In this document: positions 1-11,208 of the stretch, one piece after another
Position numbering within the stretch: position 1 is the first letter of the stretch
Layout: every line of letters begins with the position of its first letter
NCBI GenBank assembly: GCA_963842085.1
Contig: CAWJET010000001.1
Span: 1,024,001-1,088,000, forward strand
Length of the DNA stretch: 64,000 bases
Direction: 5' to 3'
From: an uncultured delta proteobacterium
GTDB taxonomy: Bacteria > Desulfobacterota > Binatia > Binatales > Binataceae
The notes under the pieces: generated by a model
What the model was told of the DNA's origin: nothing
What the model saw: the letters and a program-made list of their open reading frames with translations, nothing else
Databases searched by the model: none
Made by a program: the position numbers and the translations under genes

Positions 1-173
1 GTTCGGGAATCTAATGATTGCTAGCTAAAATTTCGCAAATCCGCCAGAGGCACAAGCCTCGCCCCTTGATCGATTCCCGAACTTGCGGGGTCCGGGCAGA
101 ACGGGTTATCTATCGTCCGCGACTTCGAGGCAAGAGGCGTCGAGCGATTCAGCTTCGAAAATAAACTGGCGCG

Positions 174-755
174 ATGCGAATTATTGCGGGACAAGCTCAC
201 GGCCGGCGGCTGAAAGCACCGCGCGGCTGGCACACCCGGCCCACTTCGGCGCGGGCGCGCGAGTCGATTTTCTCGCGGCTGGCGGTGCGAATGGATCTCA
301 GCGGGGTGCGCGTGCTCGACATTTTCGCCGGCAGCGGCTCGCTGGGAATCGAATCGCTCTCGCGCGGCGCCGCGCATGTCACGTTTGTGGATTCCTCGCG
401 CGACGCGGCCGCAGCGATTCGCGCCAATCTTGTCCAGCTCGAGCTGGGCGATCGCGCGCGCCTGCTCATCTCAGACGTGCGTCGCGCGCTCGCCGAACTT
501 GGGCGCGCGCACGAGTCGTTCGACCTGGTCTTCGTTGACGCGCCGTACAAGGATGACATGAGTGCGGAGGTCCTGGCGCTGCTTGCTGAACTCCATCTGG
601 TCGCGCCCGGCGGATGGGTGGTCGTGGAACAATCGAAGCGCGCGCCCGCGGCACCAGCCGCTCCCAGAGCCCACGAGCGCGCATTTGTTGCAACTCTCGG
701 TGATCATCGGATCGCCTTTTACCGGCGACCCAGTCCGGCGCCGAGTGCAGAGTGA
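174..755 (+). CDS. rsmD: 16S rRNA m2G966 methyltransferase
   Basis: MRIIAG..GRRL, TRPT..RESIF, LDIFAGSGSLGIE.LSRGA, DAPY motifs; upstream of coaD as usual. Confidence 0.95.
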   Translation: MRIIAGQAHGRRLKAPRGWHTRPTSARARESIFSRLAVRMDLSGVRVLDIFAGSGSLGIESLSRGAAHVTFVDSSRDAAAAIRANLVQLELGDRARLLISDVRRALAELGRAHESFDLVFVDAPYKDDMSAEVLALLAELHLVAPGGWVVVEQSKRAPAAPAAPRAHERAFVATLGDHRIAFYRRPSPAPSAE

Positions 756-769
756 TGGCCTAAGGGAAA

Positions 770-1282
770 ATGACCAAGAGCAAAGAGCGTTCTCCGTTGA
801 TTGCCGTCTACCCCGGCAGCTTCGACCCGATCCACAACGGGCACGTCGACGTCATCCGGCGCAGCGTCGCGATCTTCGACGAGGTGATCGTCGCGGTGAC
901 CTACAATCCGCACAAGGACGCGGCACTGTTTACCGGCGACGAGCGCGTCGAGATGATCCGCGAGGTCATCCGCGATCTCGAGCCGCGTGCCCGCGTGGAC
1001 AAGTTCAGCGGGCTGTCGGTCGATTATGCGGAACGAATCGGCGCCAAAGTGCTGATCCGCTCGCTGCGCGCCGTGACGGATTTCGATTACGAGCTGCAGA
1101 TGGCGCAGATGAACAAGCAGATGAGCCCAAACGTCGAGACCATCTTCATGTTCTCGAATCCGCGGCTGTTCTTCAGCTCCTCGCACCTGATCAAGGAAGT
1201 CGCGGGCTACGGCAAGCGCTTGCCGGAGCTGGTGCCGGAACTCGTGATCGAGCGGCTGCGCGAAAAGCTCAAGGTCGCTTGA
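770..1282 (+). CDS. coaD: Pantetheine-phosphate adenylyltransferase
   Basis: YPGSFDPIHNGH, LRAVTDFDYELQMA. Confidence 0.97.
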   Translation: MTKSKERSPLIAVYPGSFDPIHNGHVDVIRRSVAIFDEVIVAVTYNPHKDAALFTGDERVEMIREVIRDLEPRARVDKFSGLSVDYAERIGAKVLIRSLRAVTDFDYELQMAQMNKQMSPNVETIFMFSNPRLFFSSSHLIKEVAGYGKRLPELVPELVIERLREKLKVA

Positions 1283-1384
1283 GCGGTTCTTTCAAAACGC
1301 CGGGAACGATACAATCGGTCCTGTTCGCGGCGGCCGCGCGCCGTGCGTATTTCGCTGGATCATTTGCAGCCCGGACTTTAACCA

Positions 1385-2584
1385 ATGCTGAAGCTCAATC
1401 GCAGAATCGCCGCCATCAAGCCGTCCGCCACGCTGGCCGCCGACGCCCGCGCCACTGAAATGAAGCTCGCGGGCATCGACGTCATCTCGCTGGCCGCCGG
1501 CGAGCCCGACTTCGACACCCCCGAGCGCATCAAGCAGGCCGCCGACAAAGCGCTCGCCGCCGGCCAGACCAAATACACGCCGGTGGGCGGGACTGCGGCG
1601 CTCAAAAATGCGATCAAGCTCAAGCTCAAGCGCGACAACAACCTCGACTACGAGCCGGGCGAGATAATCGCGTCGGCGGGATGCAAGCAGGCCGAGGCCA
1701 ACGTAATCGCCGCGTTGTTCGACGAGGGCGACGAAGTGATCATACCGACACCCGCGTGGGTGAGTTTCGCCGCGATGGTCTCGCTGGCCGGCGCCGAGCC
1801 GAAGTTCGTGCCGTGCTCCGAGGAGTCCGGCTTCATGCTCGAGCCCGAGGCTTTGCGCCGCGCGATCACCTCGCGCACGCGCGGCATCATGCTCAACTTG
1901 CCGTCGAATCCAACCGGCGCCGTGTACGGACCCGAATCGCTCACCGCCATTGCCAGGGTGCTGGTCGACACCGACATCTGGGTGATGTCCGACGACGTTT
2001 ACGAGCACATCGTGTACGACGGACTCGCGCCGCACCTGTTCTATCTCGAACCGCGGCTCAAGTCCCACGGCATCGTTTTCAACTCGCTGTCGAAGACCTA
2101 CGCGATGACGGGATGGCGCATCGGATTTGCGGCCGGACCCAGGGAAGCGATCGCGGCCGCCGGCCGCTTGCAGAGCCAGAACAGCGGCAATCCCAATTCC
2201 ATCACGCAAGCTGCCGCGATCGAGGCGCTGACCGGTCCGCAGGACGAGCTCAAGCCGATGCTCGAGGCGTTCCGCGAACGCAACGCGCTGGTGGTCGAGC
2301 GCGTGCGGCGGATCCCGGGCTTCAAGCTGCCCAACGTACCGCAGGGCGCATTTTACGCTTTCCCCAACGTGTCGGAGTTGCTCGGCAGCCGGTTCGGCGA
2401 CAAGCAAATCACCGACGGCGACGCGCTCGCGGCATTTATCCTCGACCAGGCGCACGTCTCGCTGGTCGGCGGCAACGACTTCGGCGCGCCCGATCACGTC
2501 AGGCTTTCGTACGCCACCTCGGTGAAGAATCTGAACGAAGCATTCGATCGTATCGAGCGCGCCGTCGCGAAGCTCAAGCGCTAG
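1385..2584 (+). CDS. PLP-dependent aminotransferase class I/II (aspartate aminotransferase-like)
   Basis: GEPDFDTP, PSNPTG, SDDVY, SLSKTYAMTGWRIG. Confidence 0.93.
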   Translation: MLKLNRRIAAIKPSATLAADARATEMKLAGIDVISLAAGEPDFDTPERIKQAADKALAAGQTKYTPVGGTAALKNAIKLKLKRDNNLDYEPGEIIASAGCKQAEANVIAALFDEGDEVIIPTPAWVSFAAMVSLAGAEPKFVPCSEESGFMLEPEALRRAITSRTRGIMLNLPSNPTGAVYGPESLTAIARVLVDTDIWVMSDDVYEHIVYDGLAPHLFYLEPRLKSHGIVFNSLSKTYAMTGWRIGFAAGPREAIAAAGRLQSQNSGNPNSITQAAAIEALTGPQDELKPMLEAFRERNALVVERVRRIPGFKLPNVPQGAFYAFPNVSELLGSRFGDKQITDGDALAAFILDQAHVSLVGGNDFGAPDHVRLSYATSVKNLNEAFDRIERAVAKLKR

Positions 2585-2589
2585 CAGCG

Positions 2590-3830
2590 ATGGCCGACCC
2601 GGCGGGTTCGCGCACCTCTCTGCGCCGGCTTCCGATTACCCCGATTGCGGCGGCGATCCTCGCGCTCGTAGCGGCGCTCTCATTCGTCCACCGCGTGCGC
2701 GCGGTGCAGCACCGTTACGACGACATCGATTTCGCCATCTTTTACGGCTGGTGGACCGACTATTCGACCGGCGGCGACCCCGGAGGGTGCAGGCCACAAA
2801 ACCCGAATTGCGGCCCGGCCTCGAGCGTCCGCGCTTTTGCAATTACACGCCGTTTTTCGTCGTGGAGTTTTCGCCGCTGGCCCGGCTCGCTCAGAAAACC
2901 GCGTTCTGGGTCTGGCTGTCCGGGCAGATGCTATGCCTCGTTGTCGCCGTGCTGATGCTGGCGCGCGCGAACGCTCCTCCGCTGGGAACAGCGCCGGCGA
3001 TCATCGTGCTTTCGCTGGTGATGCTGTCGCGGCAGTTCGCGGGCGCGATGGTTGCAGCCCAGGTTACGCCGATGCTGCTGGCGCTGCTGTGCGCATCATG
3101 GTTCTGCGCGCGGCGGGAGGGCCCGGCGGCCGCGGGACTGTGCCTGGCGCTCGCGGCGCTGCTCAAGCTCTACCCCGCGGCAGTTGCCGGATATCTTTTG
3201 TTTGGCCGCCGCTGGCGCGCGCTCGGCTGGACGATCGGATTCTTTGCCGCCGGCGTGTTGCTGACGAATCCCGCCCTGTGGATCGAGCTCGCGACGCAGG
3301 GAGTGCCCGTTTCCTACCATGCCGTGGCGCACGCAGAACTCACCATGCTCGCGTTTGTTCGAAAATGCGTTGCGCACTTCGCCGGCACGACGGTTATCGC
3401 CGCGCCGTTCTTCGCGGTCCTCGCAATCACCGCGCTCATCGACCTCGCGCTGCTCGCAATCGCCGCCGCTGCCACGGTCACCGGCCGCGGCCGCACCGAC
3501 CTCGACGGTCTCGTTTTCGGACTGTGGGTCGCGCTTGCGCTCCTGATGTCGCCGCTGGCGTGGATCCCTGAAACCCTGCTGCTGCCCGCGTACCTGTTCG
3601 GGACGCTCGCCGCATGGAACGGCTTCCGGCGGCGCGAGGCCGCCCATCAGATTTCGTTGATTGCCGGCGCCGCAATACTCACCGCTTGCGTCGCAACGGC
3701 CCTGATTAAAGCCGTGCCGCATCCGGGATTTCCGGTGCTGCTCGCGGCGTACCTCAGCGCCGCGCTGATCTTCCGGGCGCGGATGCGTTCGGCGTCGCCG
3801 CGCGATGAAGTTCGACGGCTCGCGCCTTAG
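2590..3830 (+). pseudogene. GT87/DUF2029-like multi-pass glycosyltransferase, frameshifted near 2781
   Basis: ATG at 2590 gives TM + DIDFAIFY; continuation (NYTPFF, LLKLYP, many TMs) is in another frame; adding one T after 2781 restores D-P-W-R-V-Q. Confidence 0.7.
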
Positions 3831-4264
3831 CCCCGGCGCCTGCGCCAGGGAGCGGGGAATTCGCCCGTGTCGAGCCAGCGCACATAGTCGGCGAGAATTT
3901 CCGCGTGATCGAACGCGAGCGGAGTCGGCGGGTTGCGTGGATCGCACAGAGTCGCATTCTTGGCGTCATCGGCGCCGCGCGGTGTCCCCGACGCGCGCGC
4001 GACGTACACCAGTGTGATCGTCTGGCCGCGCGGATCGCGCTCGGGCCGCGAATACACGCCGAGCAGCGCGCGAAGCTTGACCTCGAGCGAAATCTCCTCG
4101 CGCGCCTCGCGCACCGCCGCATCCTCGACCGTCTCGCCAAAGTCGACGAACCCGCCGGGAATCGCCCATCCCGGTGGAAAGTTCCTGCGCTCGATCAAAA
4201 CTACTTTGTCGCCGATCTCCGTGATGATGTCGGCGGCTATCGGCGGGCATTTCGGCCGTGGCAT
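3827..4264 (-). CDS. NUDIX hydrolase
   Basis: Nudix box GGFVDFGETVEDAAVREAREEIS; RDPR and LAFDH motifs. Confidence 0.92.
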   Translation of the reverse strand: MPRPKCPPIAADIITEIGDKVVLIERRNFPPGWAIPGGFVDFGETVEDAAVREAREEISLEVKLRALLGVYSRPERDPRGQTITLVYVARASGTPRGADDAKNATLCDPRNPPTPLAFDHAEILADYVRWLDTGEFPAPWRRRRG

Positions 4265-4292
4265 GATGCGATTCTAACATGGCGGTAACTTT

Positions 4293-5315
4293 ATGCAGGT
4301 AGCTCGGCTCTACGATTTCGGCGACATCCGCGTCGAGGAAAGCGCCCGCCCCGTGGCCGGCGACGGCGACATCCTGGTCCGCGCCAGCGCGTGCGGCATC
4401 TGCTCGGGCGACATCATGCCCTGGTACATCAAGCGCAAGGCGCCGCTCGTGCTCGGCCACGAACCGGTTGGCGTCGTCGAGCAGACCGGCGCGGGCGTGC
4501 GCGGATTCAAGCGCGGCGACCGCGTCTTCGTGCACCATCATGCACCCTGCTTCCAATGCGCGGCGTGCCGGCGCGGCGAATACGTGCAGTGCGCGACCTG
4601 GCGCGCGACCAACATCGTGCCCGGCGGGATGGCGGAATTCTTTCTCGTGAGCGCCGCCAATCAGCGCGACACGCTGCGCCTCCCCGACTCGATTGCCGAC
4701 GCCGACGGCGTACTGATCGAGCCGGCGGCCTGCGTCGTCAAGTCGCTCAAGCGCTCCGGCCTCAAGGCCGGCGAGTCCATTCTGATCATTGGGCTGGGCA
4801 TCATGGGCATGATGCACGTGAAGCTGGCGCGGCATCTCGGCGCCGGGACGATCCTCGGCGCGGACCTGTTCCATTCGCGTGCCAACCGCGCGCTCGAGCT
4901 CGGTGCGGATCGCGCAATCGTCGTCGAGGGCGACAACCTGGTCGAGCAGGTGCGCGAAATCACCAACGGCGCGATGGCCGACGTCGTCATCGTCGGACCA
5001 GGCACCTCGAAAGCTATCGCCGCCGGCATTGCCGCCGCCGGCAAGGGCGCCACCGTCGTTCAGTTCACGGCGACACCGCCCGACGACGAACTGCTCGTCA
5101 AGCCGCACGACCTCTACTTCAACGAGACCCGGCTCGTACCCAGCTATTCATGCGGACCCGACGAAACGCGTGAGGCGTTGTCGATGGTCGAGCGCGGCGT
5201 AATCAACGCCGCCGAACTGGTGACGCATCGGTTCCCGCTGGCGCAGATCACCGAGGCGTTTGCGACCGCGCAGAAGCCCGAGTCGCTGAAGGTGATCGTT
5301 ACGTTCGCGGCTTGA
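4293..5315 (+). CDS. Zinc-binding alcohol dehydrogenase (MDR family)
   Basis: CGICSGD, GHE, C..C..C structural Zn, GLGIMG. Confidence 0.92.
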   Translation: MQVARLYDFGDIRVEESARPVAGDGDILVRASACGICSGDIMPWYIKRKAPLVLGHEPVGVVEQTGAGVRGFKRGDRVFVHHHAPCFQCAACRRGEYVQCATWRATNIVPGGMAEFFLVSAANQRDTLRLPDSIADADGVLIEPAACVVKSLKRSGLKAGESILIIGLGIMGMMHVKLARHLGAGTILGADLFHSRANRALELGADRAIVVEGDNLVEQVREITNGAMADVVIVGPGTSKAIAAGIAAAGKGATVVQFTATPPDDELLVKPHDLYFNETRLVPSYSCGPDETREALSMVERGVINAAELVTHRFPLAQITEAFATAQKPESLKVIVTFAA

Positions 5316-5418
5316 GATGCGCCGCGGCCGGAGCCGAGCCGTCTACGCGCGGCAACTGGGTGTCAGCAACACTGACGCCGCAACTGAGTAATCAGTCCGG
5401 CAAAAGGAACAGTAAGGC

Positions 5419-5450
5419 AAAAGAGGGCGGCTGCCGATGCAACCGCCCTC
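5419..5450 (-). terminator. Intrinsic terminator of the Ala-zipper lipoprotein gene
   Basis: GAGGGCGG...CCGCCCTC stem with adjacent A-run (U-run on minus strand). Confidence 0.6.
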
Positions 5451-5473
5451 GTCACTATCAAGCCTGAGCGAAA

Positions 5474-5890
5474 TTACGGAGTCGCAGGAGCAGGAGCGGG
5501 CGCTGGAGCCGCTTCGCCACCTCCCGACGGTGCCGCTTCAGGAGCTGCCTCCGCCGCCGCTGCCCTGTGGTGGTGATGGACGTGGACGTGGACATGATGC
5601 TCCGACATCGTCTTCGACGCGATCGCCTCTGCGCGGTCCGCAGCCGCCTTCGCATCGCTCGCCGCCTGCTCTACGCGGCTCGCCGCCGCCTGAGCCTGCG
5701 CCGCAGACGCTGCCGACTTCTGGGCCGCCGCATCGGCGCGAGCCGCAGCCTGATCAGCCTGGTTCGCCGCGTTGACGGCGCGTTGTGCTGGATCAGGCTC
5801 GTTCGACGAACATCCTGCGAGCAACGAAAGGGCCAACACAGCCCCGGCAAGACCCACCAGTTTCGAAGTTTTTCTCATTAACCCTTCCAT
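5474..5890 (-). CDS. Alanine-zipper lipoprotein with His-rich segment
   Basis: AGGAGG RBS, signal peptide with LAG-C lipobox, Ala/Gln heptads, HHVHVHVHHHH, Pro/Ala tail. Confidence 0.8.
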   Translation of the reverse strand: MEGLMRKTSKLVGLAGAVLALSLLAGCSSNEPDPAQRAVNAANQADQAAARADAAAQKSAASAAQAQAAASRVEQAASDAKAAADRAEAIASKTMSEHHVHVHVHHHHRAAAAEAAPEAAPSGGGEAAPAPAPAPATP

Positions 5891-6328
5891 TTCTTCCTCC
5901 TAAGGAATGCGCAGGAGTGTTGCTAAGTCTCGTTCACGGGCTCCTGCATTGAGACTCTCAATTTGTCTCACAAACTCCCAGCGCTATGCAAGCCTTGGTC
6001 GCGAGACGATAACCTTGATGGACTAGCTAATAGCATCTCGATCTTAGCGACGGCGCGTTCGTGAAGATGCGATTAAAACTCACTGATGAACCAGTGACGC
6101 CGAATTCATTTACGTCAACTCACAGACGGATATTCGGCATCATTGCCAATCTTCTCGCGCTCGGCAGAGTCGTATTTAGCTACTCACAACAGTTTGCCAT
6201 GTAACTATTGCGCCTGCGCGAAAACGACTATTCGATGCACGTGCCTTATGGTTCCCGTTTGATTGCTGTTTTCGTCCCCAGCGGAACCATTTTCGACTGT
6301 TTGATGATCGCCAATCTCGGGCCAGCGG

Positions 6329-8017
<1,689 letters not shown>

Positions 8018-8353
8018 TCAATAAATCTCCGTCTGGCTATCTCGTCGTGGATTTCATCCCGCACACCACCGCACCGGCGGCAGCAGGACCGTCTTGAATC
8101 TAAACATCGCGCCGTGCGATGCAAGTGGACAGGCCAAATGACACCGCATCCGCGCGCAGGCCCTTTCGATGCGGCCTGACGAGCCGCGTTTTCATTTTCG
8201 TAGCCCCCCGCTCGTTCCGCGCGAGCCGCGAGACCCAGCCTGGCGATGGAATAGAGGGCGTTTTGGAAACCGGGACAAGTATCTTTATGAAGTTCGCTCG
8301 GCATGCAAGGATGACCGTTGCAGGGTGGCCGGATTCGGCGGAGGCTATTCAAG

Positions 8354-8812
8354 GTGTATAAAATCAAAGAGCCTGGTGCGGTCAAGCGCGCGGGCGCTGC
8401 GACCGCGGTGATAGCGATAATCTGTGGAGCAATCGGGACGCTGCCGGCCTCGCTTGCGTGGCCGGCGCCGGCAGGATCAGCCGCCGGCTCCCGCCGGGTC
8501 GATTGCAAATGCCGGGAGCTGCCGCTTCAACTCGCGGCGGAGCCCGCCGCTCCGGTGACCCAGGACGAAGCCGACGACGAAGACAAGGATGTTCCGACCA
8601 GCCAGGTCGACAAGTACATCAGCGTTTACGCGGCGATGCAGAAAGACCACAACCTGACGGTCGAGCAAGCCGCTTCCCAGCAAGGTCTTACGGTTGCGCA
8701 GTTCAGGCGACTCGAGAACAAAATCGAGAACGACGACACCCTGCGCGAGCGGGTCCGCAAGGCGCTCAGGCACGCGGCGAATCCCAAAGCCTCAGACTCG
8801 TCGGACGAGTAG
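8354..8812 (+). CDS. Exported helical hypothetical protein (DUF4168-like C-terminus)
   Basis: GGAGG RBS then GTG at 8354; hydrophobic leader; GLTVAQF...I..D..LRERV motif. Confidence 0.6.
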   Translation: MYKIKEPGAVKRAGAATAVIAIICGAIGTLPASLAWPAPAGSAAGSRRVDCKCRELPLQLAAEPAAPVTQDEADDEDKDVPTSQVDKYISVYAAMQKDHNLTVEQAASQQGLTVAQFRRLENKIENDDTLRERVRKALRHAANPKASDSSDE

Positions 8813-8844
8813 GCGCCGCCCGAGCAAGCGAAAACGGGAACTGA

Positions 8845-8883
8845 ATTGAACGTGAAACCCGCCGTGGGTTTCAGCAGGGGTGA
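8845..8883. repeat. REP-like repeat family B, copy 1
   Basis: Reverse complement matches 61283-61321 at 36/39; core hairpin TGAAACCC-N5-GGGTTTCA. Confidence 0.8.
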
Positions 8884-8961
8884 TGCCTGCGCTCAATGCC
8901 AGGACGAAGATGTCGCCCGCACCCCGCTGGAAAGAATTGAGCGGGTGCGGCGGACAAGACT

Positions 8962-9001
8962 AAGCGGTGGCGAAGCGCGATTGCTCGCTCCGCCACCGCT
9001 T
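8962..9001. terminator. Strong hairpin between convergent genes
   Basis: AAGCGGTGGCG...CGCCACCGCTT stem; no clear U-tract. Confidence 0.4.
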
Positions 9002-9029
9002 CAAATCATTAGTAACGCAGTCTGATCGA

Positions 9030-9311
9030 TTACTTCGTGACCGAGGTCGCGAACGCCGCTTCCAGCCGCGACACTGCGTCGTTGGCGCGACGGACCGCAT
9101 CCTCCGCATCGCTGGCCGCAGCATCGGACTGCTGAGCCGCGGTCGCAGCCTGATTGGCCGAAGCTTCCGCCGCGTTCGCCGACGCCTCTGCCTTGGTCGC
9201 ATCCGCCTGGGCGCGATCGGTGGCGTTATTGATCGTCTTCATGTCGGGACCGCACGCGGTCACGAGCGCTGTCACGGCCACGACACCAAGCATCTTAACG
9301 ATTGTCTTCAT
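9030..9311 (-). CDS. Lpp/OprI-like alanine-zipper lipoprotein
   Basis: MKT...LVTA-C lipobox, Ala heptad coiled coil, RANDAVSRLE...SVTK with terminal Lys. Confidence 0.8.
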   Translation of the reverse strand: MKTIVKMLGVVAVTALVTACGPDMKTINNATDRAQADATKAEASANAAEASANQAATAAQQSDAAASDAEDAVRRANDAVSRLEAAFATSVTK

Positions 9312-9532
9312 CCGAGCTTTCCTCCAGTGGTTCAAGTGAACATCCAATCCAGGTACACTATCAGCACAGATTCAATAGTCAGGGCTGGACGAGTGATCGC
9401 GGTAATAGTTGCAAAACCCGTCTGCGAACGCAAGGCGATGGAATCCGAGGCGGACGCCGAACACTGCGTTCGTAACATTCTGGAAGGAAATAATCTCCGG
9501 CCGGAAGGAAGTCCGAATCGAATTCAGCGTGA

Positions 9533-9562
9533 TTGACAGGCAAAACTTTCAGCGGTTATCGT
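9533..9562 (+). promoter_or_regulatory. Putative sigma70 promoter of the ferredoxin fusion gene
   Basis: TTGACA-18 nt-TATCGT, about 80 nt upstream of ATG 9642. Confidence 0.4.
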
Positions 9563-9641
9563 CAACTGTGGCGAGCCAGTGCGGTTGCAGGCTTTCCTGG
9601 TCAGGTTTTCCTACATCATTTTACTGAGGGCCGGTTACGAG

Positions 9642-11126
9642 ATGGCGACGACGATCACGAGCGAATGTATCAACTGCGGAGCGTGCGAGCCGGAGTGTCC
9701 GAACACGGCGATATACGCGGGCGGAGTGCCGTGGGAGCTAAATGGCGCGACCAGTGCTGCGATCGCGCAGGACATCTATTACATCGTGCCGTCGAAGTGC
9801 ACCGAATGTGTCGGCTTTTACGATCATGAAGCGTGCGCCGCGGTATGCCCGGTAGATTGTTGCATTCCCGACCCGGCTAATCTCGAGACCGAGGCCGTGT
9901 TGCTCGCGCGCGCGCGGCAGTTGCATCCCGACGAGACGTTCGCCGACGACGCGCCGTCGCGCTTTCGCAAAGAAGGCGCAGCGCCGGCACCGGCGGCGGG
10001 CGGCGCGGAAGCGAAGACCAACGGCGCAGCAGTGACGCCGGCCGCGCCCAAGCCTGCGGCTGCGGCCGCGGCGCCCGCACCCAAGCCAGCGCCGGCGGCG
10101 CCCAAGCCCGCGGCGGCCGCTCCAGCAGCGGCCGCGCCAGCGCCCATAGCGACGGTGGCGGCGGCAGGCCTCGCGATGATGCATCTGCCGAAAGACATCG
10201 GCGCGTTGCCCGGGCCGGTCGGCGAGAAACATTTCCCGGGCGAGCTCGAAACTGAATTCGACACCGTGCTGGCTGCGGTCGATGCGTCGCCGGGTCGCAC
10301 GGCGCCGGCGCCGGTGCAAATCGCGTTTCGGCTGGCGGAGCCGGTGCTCGGCGCGATGCCCGACGGCGTAAAGGCCGAGCTCGAAGAGGCGGTCGGCACG
10401 ACGGCCGGGTTCTCGCGAATCCGTTCGACCGCGCTCAACATGATTCTGAACCTGATTCTTTATCCCGCGATCCTGACCGCGCTCTCGGTTAACGTGCTCG
10501 GCGACGGGCTGTTTTCGCAACGCACCGGCGGATGGATAATGCTCGGCGTGTTGATTGCCGCAGGCGAGGCCGCGTGGCGATTGCGCGAGGGCGTGATTCA
10601 CGCCAAGCCCGCGCACGAGATGACATATCGCGGATGCTGGTACGGGCTCGCGCTAGCGCCGATCGGCTCAATCCTGGTACGGGCGGGCGGAGCGGGCCGG
10701 CGCACGGAGCGCAAGGTGGCGTTCGACGGTTTCGAAGGCACGATGCATGAGGACAAAACCGAGCGCGATCGCCGTTACGGGACCGTATACACCGTCGCCG
10801 AGTATGCCAACGCGTACCTGGTTCGGCTCGAGATGCCGCGCAAGCTGCCGCCGTCGTCGCTCAAGCGGTTGTGGAATCTGCCCGACGAGATGCCCGACTA
10901 CGATTACAACATCATGCTCGGCGACAACGTGATTACGGTCAGCGCAAGCGTGCGCGGCGAGACGATCCGGCGACTCTCCTATGTGTCGTCGTCGTTCCCG
11001 GCCGATTTCACGACCCGAATCGAGTTCGGCAAGCCGGTGGGCGCGTTCAAGCATCGGATGCGCGACAAGGTGCTCGAGGTGATCGTGCTCAGGGCGGAGG
11101 CGGACCAGTTTCAGCACGCCGCCTGA
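9642..11126 (+). CDS. YfhL-type 2[4Fe-4S] ferredoxin fused to Pro/Ala linker, TM helices and an Hsp20-like C-terminal domain
   Basis: CINCGACEPEC and CTECVGF...CAAVCP; about 70-aa PA-rich linker; 2-3 hydrophobic helices; beta-sandwich-like tail. Confidence 0.8.
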   Translation: MATTITSECINCGACEPECPNTAIYAGGVPWELNGATSAAIAQDIYYIVPSKCTECVGFYDHEACAAVCPVDCCIPDPANLETEAVLLARARQLHPDETFADDAPSRFRKEGAAPAPAAGGAEAKTNGAAVTPAAPKPAAAAAAPAPKPAPAAPKPAAAAPAAAAPAPIATVAAAGLAMMHLPKDIGALPGPVGEKHFPGELETEFDTVLAAVDASPGRTAPAPVQIAFRLAEPVLGAMPDGVKAELEEAVGTTAGFSRIRSTALNMILNLILYPAILTALSVNVLGDGLFSQRTGGWIMLGVLIAAGEAAWRLREGVIHAKPAHEMTYRGCWYGLALAPIGSILVRAGGAGRRTERKVAFDGFEGTMHEDKTERDRRYGTVYTVAEYANAYLVRLEMPRKLPPSSLKRLWNLPDEMPDYDYNIMLGDNVITVSASVRGETIRRLSYVSSSFPADFTTRIEFGKPVGAFKHRMRDKVLEVIVLRAEADQFQHAA

Positions 11127-11208
11127 AAAGTTATCGCGAGCTCAAACCGGCGAACGAGCTTAGACCGGCGGAATTGGCCCGGCGGGATCGCAGCTGAGCT
11201 TGCTTGAG

